Below, piece after piece: positions 12,419 to 26,749 of a stretch of 64,000 nt of DNA. The position numbers were made by a program, and so were the translations under genes. Numbering within the stretch: the stretch's first letter is position 1; each line of letters begins with the position of its first letter. Source of the stretch: Eledone cirrhosa (Eukaryota); NCBI GenBank assembly GCA_964016885.1, contig OZ024741.1, positions 278,752,001 to 278,816,000 on the forward strand, read 5' to 3'. A model generated the notes under the pieces. That model saw nothing but the letters and a program-made list of their open reading frames with translations, was not told the origin of the DNA and searched no databases.

Positions 12419-12504
<86 letters not shown>

Positions 12505-12733
12505 ATGTACGTTTATACATTTTAAAATGCTTAAATGCTTAAGTTTTATTTTGAAATGCGTGTTTCCTCTGTCTTCTATTACCAACATTTTCAGCAATTT
12601 TGTCCACAACTATATATGCTTTTTACTGTACTTCATTTATCTATAATTACATGTATTTTACTTTATTTTATCGCATTTTATCTGCTCCTGATTTGTTATC
12701 TTCTCAGATGGTTGGTTACCTTATATAAATATT

Positions 12734-12937
12734 GATTTCTTTATTAGCCACAAGGGCGCAACAAGAAAGGGGACAATACAAAGACATGCCGGGGATTTTA
12801 CATACAGTCGTGTAAAAAATATAAAAACAAACAATTTCAACAATCGAAATCCCCAATAGCGGGGAGGCGCCACAAATGGGTTGTTTAATACCCCGTCGAT
12901 AGAACAACCCTCAACTCAAGGAGCGTGTTGTGCAAGT
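12734..12937 (-). mobile_element. Very short 5'-truncated L1/Tx1-like LINE (3' UTR only) with 19-bp TSD
   Basis: Reverse complement of 272-476; TSD GTTACCTTATATAAATATT at 12715-12733 and 12938-12956. Confidence 0.9.
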
Positions 12938-13249
12938 GTTACCTTATATAAATATTAATGCTTGCTCTTATCTAACCTCTCATAACATGTATCCTCCAAA
13001 TGTTCCTGAAGCAAAGTTTAGACCCTAACTCTTGTAATAAGGATGAAGATTCCTATCCTGTGCTAGGATGAAACGGTCGTTAGTTATTGAATGTTTGAAA
13101 GATCAAATACTCTTTTATTATTTACATTGTATTTCGACACTGTATTATACTTGTTATATTACATCGAGCTATATTCATACTTGTAACTGGGTAATATTTA
13201 ATATTACTCACCATATATATATTTATACTTATATATATATGTATGTATG

Positions 13250-13478
13250 TATCCCGGGTTTAATCGGGGGTAACCACAGTAAGTAAGGTACTCAATACAT
13301 AGTAGAGTATATATAAGATTTAATATAGAAATGGCTTCTACAGGACTAGAACTGTTTCATTCAAAGGAAATCATCAGTGCCCGTTGTGACATAGCAAGCC
13401 ACACCGGACACTAGAGTAATTCCTTTATTTTCCTCGGAAGAAGAGATATTAATCTCGAAATATCAGGCCATGTGAATA
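13250..13478. mobile_element. Penelope-like terminal fragments with degenerate HHR motifs
   Basis: Minus CTGATGA-TTTC..GAAT-GAAAC near 13343-13385; plus CCT-CGGAAGA-AGAGAT..ATCTC-GAAAT-ATC-AGG at 13432-13467; homologue at 52843-52978. Confidence 0.55.
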
Positions 13479-13713
13479 AATTAATTGTTTCTATTTTTGG
13501 CACAAGACCAGCAATTACCCAGTACATTACTGGTACTTTATTTTATCGACCCCGTAAGGATGAAAGGCAAAGTTAACCTCGGCGGGATTTGAACTCAGAA
13601 TTAATGTAAACAAACAAGCCCTGTTTCTTACAATTTAATTATTCTCCGTCTAAACCACCATTGTCGTGGCTTTCAAACATCGAATTCTTTATATATATAA
13701 AGAATTCGATGTC

Positions 13714-15118
<1,405 letters not shown>

Positions 15119-16329
15119 CAAAAGTATATATTGAGTTAGAAACTCAAAGCAGTCTCTTACAATTAAATAGCTCAAGGAAAACATTTTCGGGCCGTGTAAT
15201 ATAATTAAATATAATAAAGAGAGATAAACACAGATATATATATATATGTGTTCAAATCATAAGGGACCAGATTCATTCTGCTGATCTACACTCTCTTCCA
15301 CATGCTTGACAGGTACGATGAGCAGGATCCTCGACAGCAGCCTGGTAGTCAACCACTGGCCTCACTTTATGACATTTTTATACATACATATATACATACA
15401 TATTTACATGCATACACATATACATATGCACGCATACACGCGCGTGCACACAGACGCACTCACATATACAGATATGTGTATGTGAGCGTGGTTAAGAGGT
15501 TAGCTTTGCAATCTTTAAGTTCCGGGTTCGACCTCACTTGGTCATCTTGGACGCTAAAATAAAATACGTACTAGACTTGAAAAAAAGAATAATGTAATAG
15601 AGTCGATATCATTTAGTAAATGAAGGTGGTGCTACAGCATGCCCATAGCTTAATGACTGAAACCAGTAAAAGAAAACTATATAGGAATAAAAATGTTTTT
15701 GTGCGTGTGTTTGTGTAGGTACCAATATCTGTGCATGTATGTAAACATACATATAATGGTGTTCTCTGTAAAGAAACAGACAGTGCAGTTATAAAACATT
15801 TGGTATTAAAATAGTCAAATAATTAAACTTTCTCTTAAAAGAGGACAACAAAATATTTGTTACTATATATTTTATCATTGATAATTTTATTCTTCACTTT
15901 ATCTTCCTGTTACTACGTGAAAGGAATTTAAAGTCTCATTAGAACATAGAACATCATCATAACAATGAATGCCACCACATATTTTTATTCTAAAGTATTT
16001 TATTTCTTACAATGTTTACGCTTCTGCTTCAAATATATTTGTTTTGCACATAATTCAATGTAGGTGGACACGAAATAAACATACATGTACACACACTGCA
16101 CACACTGCACATACTGCACACGCAATCTAAGACTTTGCGTCTATTTTGAAATAGTTTTTAAAATGTCCGACCGGACTAATAACCGCACCTATAATCTAAA
16201 AAAAAAAAAAAAAGCGACAAAAAGCAATACGAGGAATCTTAACTATAATAAAGGAAGGTCTGCGGGATTGCGTCCAGAATATATTTTTTTACCCCGTTTG
16301 TAAAATAAGTTGGATTACTTTGAATAAAT

Positions 16330-16458
16330 AATTGTTTCTACTTTTGGCACAAGGCCAACAATTATGCCAGTGTATTACTGGTACTTTATTTTATCGACTC
16401 CGTAAGGATGAAAGGCAAAGTTAACCTCGGCGGGATTTGAACTCAGACCGTAAAGGGA
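16330..16458 (-). mobile_element. Family-1 SINE body (head expanded into adjacent array)
   Basis: Core and tail identical to other copies. Confidence 0.85.
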
Positions 16459-17722
16459 CTCTGCCAATCCACCGTTCGACGCTCTACCGACTCTGCCAAT
16501 CCATCGTTCGACGCTCTACCGACTCTGCCAATCCACTGTTCGACGCTCTACCGACTCTGCCAATCCACTGTTCGACGCTCTACCGACTCTGCCAATCCAC
16601 TGTTCGACGCTCTACCGACTCTGCCAATCCACCGTTCGACACTCTACCGACTCTGCCAATCCACCGTTCGACGCTCTACCGACTCTGCCAATCCACCGTT
16701 CGACGCTCTACCGACTCTGCCAATCCACCGTTCGACGCTCTACCGACTCTGCCAATCCATCGTTCGACGCTCTACCGACTCTGCCAATCCACTGTTCGAC
16801 GCTCTACCGACTCTGCCAATCCACCGTTCGACGCTCTACCGACTCTGCCAATCCACTGTTCGACGCTCTACCGACTCTGCCAATCCACCGTTCGACGCTC
16901 TACCGACTCTGCCAATCCATCGTTCGACGCTCTACCGACTCTGCCAATCCACCGTTCGACGCTCTACCGACTCTGCCAATCCACCGTTCGACGCTCTACC
17001 GACTCTGCCAATCCATCGTTCGACGCTCTACCGACTCTGCCAATCCACTGTTCGACGCTCTACCGACTCTGCCAATCCACCGTTCGACGCTCTACCGACT
17101 CTGCCAATCCATCGTTCGACGCTCTACCGACTCTGCCAATCCACCGTTCGACGCTCTACCGACTCTGCCAATCCATCGTTCGACGCTCTACCGACTCTGC
17201 CAATCCACCGTTCGACGCTCTACCGACTCTGCCAATCCACCGTTCGACGCTCTACCGACTCTGCCAATCCATCGTTCGACGCTCTACCGACTCTGCCAAT
17301 CCACTGTTCGACGCTCTACCGACTCTGCCAATCCACCGTTCGACGCTCTACCGACTCTGCCAATCCATCGTTCGACGCTCTACCGACTCTGCCAATCCAC
17401 CGTTCGACGCTCTACCGACTCTGCCAATCCATCGTTCGACGCTCTACCGACTCTGCCAATCCACCGTTCGACGCTCTACCGACTCTGCCAACTCATCGTT
17501 CGACGCTCTACCGACTCTGCCAATCTACCGTTCGACGCTCTACTGACTCTGCCAATCCACCGTTCGACGCTCTACCGACTCTGCCAATCCACCGTTCGAC
17601 GCTCTACCGACTCTGCCAACTCATCGTTCGACGCTCTACCGACTCTGCCAATCCATCGTTCGACGCTCTACCGACTCTGCCAACCCACCGTTCGACGCTC
17701 TACCGACTCTGCCAATCTACCG
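16457..17722. repeat. 32-bp minisatellite (~39-40 copies) derived from the SINE tRNA head
   Basis: Unit GACTCTGCCAATCCACCGTTCGACGCTCTACC equals the reverse complement of the SINE 5' end including the A-box. Confidence 0.93.
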
Positions 17723-18320
17723 GCCTTGGTTTCTGATTTAGGCACAAGACCAACAGTTTAGGGAAGATTGGGATAAGTCTACACCGTTTGCATACATGGT
17801 CCCATAACTCCCGAGGGAGTCGTAGGGGCGCTGTTGCACGTGTCATAATGTATGCAGGTGTTAGATTATATGTCATTATGTATGTGTTAGATTATATGTC
17901 ATTGTGTATGTATGTGCGTGATACAGTGTATGGTATTGTGTATGTTTGTGTGTGTTAGAGTATATAACATTGTGTGTGTTTCTGAGGGAATGTATTGTTG
18001 TGTATGTATGTGTGCGATACATTATATGAAATTGTGTATATGTGTGAGTGTAAATGTCATTGTGTATGTATATGCATGTAATATTTCAGCATCTGAAAAT
18101 GTATGTATGTATGTGTGTGTGTATGTATGCATGTATATGTGTGTGTATCACGACATCATGCAGTTTAATAGTATTTAACTCTCTCTCTTCTAGTACCTAC
18201 AAATCTGTGTATGTGTATGTATGTATGTATGTATGTATGTTTTCTCTTTCTCTTAATTTCGAGTATATTTTTTTGACCGGCCACCTTCCTGGTGGCAAGG
18301 TTGTAAAAGAAAAGAAATTG

Positions 18321-21300
18321 TCATCCCTTGAATCGCAAGAATGTTTTGCATATTTTGAAGGTGCCAGCTATCGCAGCCATTTGTAGACTATGAATTAGGG
18401 AGCTGCGCTTTTTGTCCGCAAATCCAAGTTCGGTCATACTTTGGTCCAAGCGGGTTGGTATATAACCCGTAGCACCAATAATGATGGGTATGAAGCTAAA
18501 GGTGTATCTTGGATACTGGATTTGTAAGCTCCTCATCAATGGTCCGTAGATGTCCTCCTTCTCCTGCATTTTTCTGACAACGTTTACATCAAGTGGGCAG
18601 CTGATCTCCACAACAGAACACGTTTTCAATGTGTGGTCCCAAACTACAATATCAGGCCGGTTGTGCTTTAATTTGGTCGCAGTTTTTATTTTCAGGTTCC
18701 ACCAGTATTCCTTAGTGCCATCTGTCTCAATATATTCTTCCTCATTTGTTGTTAATTTTGTTTTCCGAAGTGCGTTCCAGATAGTTCTAGCTATCCCATC
18801 GTGTCTCATGGGGAGGTAGTAGCGAGATGACATTCTTTCGCAGCTGGCAACAATGTGGCTTACATCCTCGATCTTTGTTTTACATAGCCTACATTTATTG
18901 TCAGCTGCTGGCCCTCCTCTTTTGTGCAGCAGATATTTGGTAGGGAGTTCTTGTTCCTGTATTGCATAGAGATATCCCTCAAGGTGTGATGTCATAAACT
19001 TGTCGGAACTCCATGCCAGGCTTTTTGAGTGGTTTATCCCCTCTATGGTCTGTGTTTTACGCCTCAAGTATCCATGCACAACTTTCTCTGTAAATTGGTC
19101 AATTTTTTTTTCTTGTTTGAACATTGAATAGGATCTTCCGATTTCTCTGGGTGAGAGATTTATATCAGGCTTTATTCCATATCTCTCCTCCAGATCAGTC
19201 GCTATTCTAATGATATTTCTTTTTTCATGCTCATAAACCTGAGCAAGATGGTCGCCAACCTTTTTCCTCTGTTGAAGGTGTTGCTTCAGTGTTACTATCC
19301 GGGTTTCATATGTTGTTAATATTGATTTTAGACCCCGGCCACCTTCCTTGCGTGAGAAGTATAGCCTATCCACATCACCATTGATGTTAAAGTTCCCAGT
19401 AACACTGAGAAGTTTACGAGTTCTAACATCCATCTCACTTAGTTCTTGCAATGACCAGTTCAGTAGGCCAAATGTTGGCGTTAGAATTGGCACAGCATAG
19501 GTATTGTGGGCAATGTATTTGTTGTATGCTGACAGTTCTGATGACCATATTTTTTTTACTCTTCTGAGGTATTCAGTTCTGGTTCTCTCCTTATTTATGG
19601 GTCCATCATATCTGACATTCTCATCCTGTCCAAGATATCTGTAGTTGTCACCTGACTGCAGAGGTTGTATTGTCAGGCCGTTCATATCTAGATTTCTAGA
19701 GGAGGGCACAGCTCTTCCACGTTTTACTGCCAAATATGCACACTTGGACTCACCAAATTTCATTTTGATGTCGGTTGAAAATTGTGTAATGAGGTCCAAT
19801 TGTTTCTTGATGTCATTGATATTTGGCCCATACAACTTCAGGTCATCAACAAAGAAAAGATGGGAGATACTTCTGGGCCCACTTCTTTGTCCACCTTGTT
19901 TCCTGAGTAGGTAAGATAGTGGATTCAGTGAGAGAACGAAGAGTAGTACTGACAAGCTATCACCCTGAAAGATGCCCTTCTGGTAATGTATCCTATCAGT
20001 CTTAACCTGCTCCTTCTCACCTCTAAGGATCAAATTGGTGTACCAGTTCTTGGTCAGGCGTTCAACAGCAGCTACTAATGATTGTGGGACTTTAGCTAAC
20101 TGTAAAGCCTTAATAATCCACCCATGAGGTACACTATCAAATGCTTTTTGATAGTCCAGCCACACGACAGTCATGTTTCTGCGATTCTTTGTTGTTTTTT
20201 CCTGAATCATTTTGTTAGTTAGTAGGTGATCTATGCAACCCCACACCTCCCTCTTTCCACCAGCTTGCTCAGGTGTTATGATGTTGTTGGTAGCACAGTG
20301 ATCTTGTAAGAACAGGTTAAGGCACCCAGTATATAATTTATACATGATGTTTTGGCAGGCAATTGGGCGGTAATTTTTAGCAAGGGTGGTTTGGCTATTT
20401 TTGGGAATGAGGAGAGTAGTGGCAGTTGATAACCATCTGGGCAGTTCTTGTGTGCCCTTAATGGTTTCTGTAAACAGCCGTATGAGATCTTGCCGATAGA
20501 AAGTGAAATTCTTCAACCAGTATCCTGTAATGAGGTCTGGGCCTGGCGATTTCCTATTCGACATTTTCTGTAGAGCTGTTTCCAGTATTGACCCATCTAT
20601 GTCATATTGTTTTGTCTGGACATGTTGGCAGTAGTCCTGTTCCAGTTGTTTTAGCCAATTAGCTTGTCTGTTGAATCCGTCATCCGTTTCCCATACAGAT
20701 CTCCAGTAGTTCTCAACCTGTTCTTTTGAAGGGGTGTCGTTTACAGGGATTGAGCTTTTGCCACCGAAGCTGCGATAAACTGATTTAGGATCTCTGGCAA
20801 ACAATCTATTTAGCACTTGTCGTTTATGGGCTGTTGACTTATATTTTAGTCTTTCTGTTGTAGCTGTGAGTTGTTGTTTCAACTGGTGTAATTTGGAGTT
20901 CAAAGTTTTAAATTTGGTATCTCCAAATCGTCTCTCTAACTTTTTCTTTAGGTCTTCCTGGTGTCGTGTGAAGTTTCTCTCTATGTTGCATTTCATAACG
21001 ACTGCGATGTGTGAGATACTTCGTCTCAGGGACAAAATTTTGGTTTTTAAATTTCGCATCCACGCTGGTTCAGGCTTTCTGTTTGTATCTTGATTGCGTG
21101 GTTTTAGATGTGTGTTATATGATAGCAATGTGACAGCTGAAACATATAACAAAACATTGAGCGTTTCAAATGTCGTTTCTACACCTTTAGATCGTATAGC
21201 CTTCAGATAATTGCCAGCTATTTCGTTCACCGCTTCCAATTCCAATTTAGTGGGTTCTTTACTGACTCTAGTGTTGTATGGTCTGTCACTCACATTAAGG

Positions 21301-21323
21301 CTGTGTATCTCTTGAAACATATC
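18321..21323 (-). CDS. RT-RLE ORF of an R4-clade LINE, ~1000 aa open, 5'-truncated (element 18241-21324)
   Basis: KSPGPD, YRPIAC, WLDYQKAFDS, GIFQGDSL, FFVDDLK, YRYLG, CRLC..EDVSHIVASC, RHD, RPD; both ends abut (ATAC)n; ORF-track N-terminus is microsatellite. Confidence 0.92.
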   Translation of the reverse strand, partial: DMFQEIHSLNVSDRPYNTRVSKEPTKLELEAVNEIAGNYLKAIRSKGVETTFETLNVLLYVSAVTLLSYNTHLKPRNQDTNRKPEPAWMRNLKTKILSLRRSISHIAVVMKCNIERNFTRHQEDLKKKLERRFGDTKFKTLNSKLHQLKQQLTATTERLKYKSTAHKRQVLNRLFARDPKSVYRSFGGKSSIPVNDTPSKEQVENYWRSVWETDDGFNRQANWLKQLEQDYCQHVQTKQYDIDGSILETALQKMSNRKSPGPDLITGYWLKNFTFYRQDLIRLFTETIKGTQELPRWLSTATTLLIPKNSQTTLAKNYRPIACQNIMYKLYTGCLNLFLQDHCATNNIITPEQAGGKREVWGCIDHLLTNKMIQEKTTKNRRNMTVVWLDYQKAFDSVPHGWIIKALQLAKVPQSLVAAVERLTKNWYTNLILRGEKEQVKTDRIHYQKGIFQGDSLSVLLFVLSLNPLSYLLRKQGGQRSGPRSISHLFFVDDLKLYGPNINDIKKQLDLITQFSTDIKMKFGESKCAYLAVKRGRAVPSSRNLDMNGLTIQPLQSGDNYRYLGQDENVRYDGPINKERTRTEYLRRVKKIWSSELSAYNKYIAHNTYAVPILTPTFGLLNWSLQELSEMDVRTRKLLSVTGNFNINGDVDRLYFSRKEGGRGLKSILTTYETRIVTLKQHLQQRKKVGDHLAQVYEHEKRNIIRIATDLEERYGIKPDINLSPREIGRSYSMFKQEKKIDQFTEKVVHGYLRRKTQTIEGINHSKSLAWSSDKFMTSHLEGYLYAIQEQELPTKYLLHKRGGPAADNKCRLCKTKIEDVSHIVASCERMSSRYYLPMRHDGIARTIWNALRKTKLTTNEEEYIETDGTKEYWWNLKIKTATKLKHNRPDIVVWDHTLKTCSVVEISCPLDVNVVRKMQEKEDIYGPLMRSLQIQYPRYTFSFIPIIIGATGYIPTRLDQSMTELGFADKKRSSLIHSLQMAAIAGTFKICKTFLRFKG

Positions 21324-21375
21324 GTATGTATGTATGTATGTATGTATGTATGTATGTATGTATGTATGTATGTAT

Positions 21376-23557
21376 GTAGATGTCCTCCTTCTCCTGTATT
21401 TTTCTGACAACGTTTACATCAAGTGGGCAGCTTATCTCCACAACAGAACACGTTTTCAATGTGTGGTCCCAAACAACAATATCAGGCCGGTTGTGCTTTA
21501 ATTTGGTGGCAGTTTTTATTTTTAGGTTCCATCAGTATTCCTTAGTGCCATCTGTCTCAATATATTCTTCCTCGTTCGTTGTTAATTTTGTTTTCCGAAG
21601 TGCGTTCCAGATGGTTCTAACTATCCCATCGTGTCTCATGGGGAGGTAGTAGCGAGATGACATTCTTTCGCAGCTGGCAACAATGTGGCTTACATCCTCG
21701 ATCTTTGTTTTACATAGCCTACATTTATTGTCAGCTGTTGGCCCTCCTCTTTTGTGCAGCAGATATTTGGTAGGGAGTTCTTGTTCCTGTATTGCATAGA
21801 GATATCCCTCAAGGTGTGATGTCATAAACTTGTCGGAACTCCATGCCAGGCTTTTTGAGTGGTTTATCCCCTCTATGGTCTGTGTTTTACGCCTCAAGTA
21901 TCCATGCACAACTTTTTCTGTAAATTGGTCAATTTTTTTTATCTTGTTTGAACATTGAATAGGATCTTCCGATTTCTCTGGGTGAGAGATTTATATCAGG
22001 CTTTATTCCATATCTCTCCTCCAGATCAGTCGCTATTCTAATGATATTTTTTTTTCATGCTCATAAACCTGAGCAAGATGGTTGCCAACTTTTTTCCTCT
22101 GTTGAAGGTGTTGCTTCAGTGTTACTATCCGGGTCTCATATGTTGTTAATATTGATTTTAGACCCCGGCCACCTTCCTTGCGTGAGAAGTATAGCCTATC
22201 CACATCACCATTGATGTTAAAGTTCCCAGTAACACTGAGAAGTTTTCGAGTTCTAACATCCATCTCACTTAGTTCTTGCAATGACCAGTTCAGCAGGCCA
22301 AATGTTGGCGTTAGAATTGGCACAGCATAAGTATTGTGGGCAATGTATTTGTTGTACGCTGACAGTTCTGATGACCATATTTTCTTTACTCTTCTGAGGT
22401 ATTCAGTTCTGGTTCTCTCCTTATTTATGGGTCCATCATATCTGACATTCTCATCCTGTCCAAGATATCTGTAGTTGTCACCTGACTGTAGAGGTTGTAT
22501 TGTCAGGCCGTTCATCTCTAGATTTCTAGAGGAGGGCACAGCTCTTCCACGTTTTACTGCCAAATATGCACACTTGGACTCACCAAATTTCATTTTGATG
22601 TCGGTTGAAAATTGTGTAATGAGGTCCAATTGTTTCTTGATGTCATTGATATTTGGCCCATACAACTTCAGGTCATCAACAAAGAAAAAATGGGAGATAC
22701 TTCTGGACCCACTTCTTTGTCCACCTTGTTTCCTGAGTAGGTAAGATAGTGGATTCAGTGAGAGAACGAAGAGTAGCACTGACAAGCTATCACCCTGAAA
22801 GATGCTCTTCTGGTAATGTATCTTATCAGTCTTAACTTGCTCCTTCTCACCTCTAAGGATCAAATTGGTGTACCAGTTCTTGGTCAGGCGTTCAACAGCA
22901 GCTACCAGTGGTTGTGGGACTTTAGCTAACTGTAAAGCCTTAATAATCCACCCATGAGGTACACTATCAAATGCTTTTTGATAGTCCAGCCACACCACAG
23001 TCATGTTTCTCCAATTCTTTGTTGTTTTTTCCTGAATCATTTTGTTAGTTAGTAGGTGATCTATGCAACCCCACACCTCCCTCTTTCCAGCAGCTTGCTC
23101 AGGTGTTATGATACTGTTGGTAGCACAGTGATCTTGTAAGAACAGGTTAAGGCACCCAGTATATAATTTATACATGATGTTTTGGCAGGCTATTGGGCGG
23201 TAATTTTTAGCAAGGGTGGTTTGGCTATTTTGGGGAATGAAGAGAGTAGTGGCAGTTGATAACCATCTGGGCAGTTCTTGTGTGCCTTTAATGGTTTCTG
23301 TAAACAGCCGTATGAGATCTTGCCGATAGAAAGTGAAATTCTTCAACCAGTATCTTGTAATGAGGTCTGGGCCTGGCGATTTCCTATTCAACATTTTCTG
23401 TAGAGCTGTTTCCAGTATTGACCCATCTATGTCATATTGTTTTGTCTGGACATGTTGGCAGTAGTCCTGTTCCAGTTCTTTTAGCCAATTAGTTTGTCTG
23501 TTGAATCCGTCATCCGTTTCCCATACAGATCTCCAGTAGCTCTCAACCTGTTCTTTT
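21376..23557 (-). pseudogene. Second copy of the same R4 family, truncated at both ends and frameshifted
   Basis: Near-identical to 18546-20727; ORFs 22033-23685 and 21532-21909. Confidence 0.9.
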
Positions 23558-23754
23558 GTATGTCGGCGACTAAACCGGCAACTCCACCAAGCTTGCTTGA
23601 TGAGGAGAGTGGTTTTTGGACAACCTGCGGGATGAAAAACAAAACCCATCAGAGAGCGGAGGAACTCAGAAGAGTCAACGGTCATTCAATACTTATTTTT
23701 TTTTTTTTTGTGGATCGAGGGACTCCTAGTCTTCATTAAGACATCTCTCTAGGA

Positions 23755-25785
23755 CAGGGGTCACCAAACTACGGCCCGCGGGCCAGATCAGGCCCGCGAC
23801 GTCAGTTCATCAGGCCCGCCGACGGTACTTGCATTTGCGTGATAAAACGGATGGAACACGAGATGTTTCTAATTCAATGTCTTTTTCATTTTCAGATCCC
23901 GTTTTCTTCACTTTTATTATGGCTACTAAGAAAAGAAAAGTGGACGCCGAGTGTCGCGTTTTCAATGAAGAATGGGGAGTAAAGTACTTCTTTGTGGAAC
24001 CAAAGGACCAGAAAGCTAGTTGCGTGGTATGCAGCGAAAGTGTTGCCGTTTTGAAAGAGTACAATCTTCGGCGTCACTATGAAACAAAACATCTATCAAC
24101 ATATTCAAAGTTTTCTGGAAAGTTACGCTCTGAGAAATATGAGTCCATGAAACATGGTTTAGAAACTCAAAGAAATCTCTTCACGAAAAAGTTTGCTGAA
24201 AATGAATCTGTCACTCGTACAAGTTAAAAATAGTGCATAAGTTGGCAGAGCGAGGAAAACCGTTTACTGATGGAAACTTCATCAAAGAGTGTATGATGGA
24301 AGCAGCAAATGACTTGTGTCCTGAGAAAGCCGATTTGTTTGGAAGTATCAGCCTTTCGGCAAGTTCAGTTGTGCGGAGAACAGAAGAACTTGGAGAGAAC
24401 ATAGTGCTACAGATACGCGAGAAAGCTAGGAACTTGTGGTATTCTCTGGCGCTGGATGAGTCTCTCGAGTACGTCACAACTTCTCGTGTTCATTCGTGGT
24501 GTCAATTTGGACTTTCAGATAACGGAAGAGTTGGCATCCGTTTGCTGCATGCATGGAACAACAACTGGAAAAGACATTTTCATGGAAGTGCAGAAATCTT
24601 TGCAAGACTATAACCTTCAGTGGAATCAGCTTCGAGGTGTTACAGTTGATGGAGGAAAAAACATGGCTGGAGTGAGGAAGGGTCTGGTCGGGCAGATCAG
24701 GACTCAGTTGGAAGATTTGCAAATTCCGGGCGCTCTGTTCATACACTGCATCATACATCAGCAAGCACTCTGTGGGAAAGACTTGGATATTTCTTGTGTA
24801 CTGAAACCAATCGTTTCTGCTGTGAACTTCATTCGAGGACATGCACTCAATCACCGTCAGTTCCAGGCTTTTCTTGAAGAAATTGATTCTGATTTCTGTG
24901 ACTTGCCTTATTACACAGCAGTGAGGTGGCTCAGCTGCGGTAAAGTCCTGTTTCGTTCTTACAAGCTCCGAAACGAAATAGATGTTTTTCTCACTGAAAA
25001 AGATAGAGCTGATCCACAGCTGTCAGATCCTACCTGGCTGTCAAAGTTGTCATTTTTGGTCGACATCACATCCACATGAATGAACTGAACTTGAAACTTC
25101 AGGGTAAGGATAACCTTGTCTTTGATCTCTACAGAATCATCAAAGGATTTCGGAGAAAGCTGTCATTGTTTGAAGCACAACTGGAAGGAGAAACTTCTCT
25201 CACTGTTTCAAAGAGTTTTGCGCTACAATTGCTGAAGATGTCAACCTCGATTTTCCTAAAAAGATTATTCGTGACTTGAAGAAGCATTTTTTGGAGAGAT
25301 TTTCAGATCTCGACAGAATTGAGAGTGACATTCTTCTGTTCCAGAATCCGTTTGATTGTAACCTTGATGATGTGCCAGTTGAACTACATTAGGAGCTCAT
25401 TGATTTGCAAGCAAATGACTTGTTGAAAGAGAAGCACAGAGAAGACAAACTTGTTGAATTTTACCGCTTCTTACCTGATGTTGAGTTTCCGAAATTGAAG
25501 AAATTTGCCGCTGGTATGGCATCATTGTTTGGAACAACTTATGTCTGTGAGCAAACATTTTCAAAAATGAAGTATGTGAAGTCATCACATCGAACGAGAT
25601 TTACTGATGAACATTTGAAAGCAATTCTCTTGATTTGATGCAGCAATTCAAAACCAAACATTGATGATATCTTGAAAGCCAAACGTCAGTTTCACAAATC
25701 TAACTAACCTTTTTTGCTGCTTAGTTTGTAAGATTCGGATATGTGCACACTAGGTCTGATGTAACTAAAAGTTTGGTGACCCCTG
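23755..25785 (+). mobile_element. hAT (Buster/Charlie/SPIN-like) DNA transposon, full length
   Basis: 16-bp TIRs CAGGGGTCACCAAACT / AGTTTGGTGACCCCTG; 8-bp TSD CTCTAGGA at 23747-23754 and 25786-25793. Confidence 0.95.
23919..25707 (+). pseudogene. hAT transposase pseudogene (GTF2IRD2/EPM2AIP1-like family)
   Basis: MATKKRKVDAECRVFNEEW, CVVC..NLRRHY, SLALDES, DGGKNM, HCIIHQQAL, VRWLS, TYVCEQTFS; stops and frameshifts. Confidence 0.9.
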
Positions 25786-26267
25786 CTCTAGGAGAAGGTC
25801 AATCTGATATAAAATCTGCGATTACGTTTGCATTCGATATTCAGAGAGTGGGATTGGCCCCGTGCAAAGCATTTTCTCACTTAAAAAAGCTTTAAGCACA
25901 GGCATCGCTTGATATATGACATTTTTTGCGAAGCATGATATTGCTGGCCGTAGGCAAGTCCCTAACAGGACTAAAAAGCCACACCCGTGATGCTCATGCT
26001 TAAGTATCAAGCGATGGCATTACTCGAAATCGAGTTGCAGCTATCATGTGTGTATTTTTGTTTATGCGTATATATGTGTATATATGTGAATGTGTGTGCG
26101 TGTTTGTGTGTGTCGTGACATCACAAACTCTGCACAGTAGCTAGTTCACTCTCTTTATTTCAACATCGGCAAATTTTCTACAGAAAAGATATTTTCCAAT
26201 TGTTGTCTGTAATAAACATATCTTGATTTTCTATTTCTTTCTACAGTTTTTTCTCTCTCTCTCTCAG

Positions 26268-26421
26268 GTAATCACTGAAGCGGTAAGTGTAAAATTTCAA
26301 GTTTTGTTGCTGTTTTTAGTGTGAAATCCATGAATTTCTGGATTTGATGGGAAGATGAAAATAATTAAACCATTCCATCAACCAAGGTCTTTTTTCTTTT
26401 TAGATTGGAAAAGAATTTTGA
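26268..26421 (+). other. Possible host micro-exon (26268-26282) plus terminal exon (from 26404)
   Basis: Polypyrimidine-CAG acceptor, GTAAGT donor, second TTTTCTTTTTAG acceptor; phase-0 join reads VITEA-IGKEF-stop. Confidence 0.3.
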
Positions 26422-26749
26422 GACATGTCAACGAAACCAACCTGGCGTGGTGTTATCTGTAAAATATTGCTGCATCCAAAACACATTTTTAAAACAAGTA
26501 ACGTCACTTATTCAGGGATGCTGTCGTTTAAAATAATAATAATAATTAAAACATAATAATAATAATGATTTTATTTATTGGCCACAAGGGCCGACATAAT
26601 ATTAATAAAGAAGAAACAATTACAAAAGGCATTTCTGAGTTGTTAAATGATATGTTCTAGCTGGTGAAGACTAGGCCTTCAGATTAAGAAGTTCAATTCA
26701 CGTATACCTACTGCTCACCAGAAACTGTCTAAACCAAATGAAAGAGAAG

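Noticed and set aside
16437-17546. 369-aa repetitive ORF; CRISPR-like regularity
   Set aside because: Product of a 32-bp tandem repeat with no unique spacers and no cas genes; eukaryotic context
23919-25707. Domesticated GTF2IRD2/ZBED-like gene
   Set aside because: Bounded by TIRs and TSD, multiple stops and frameshifts
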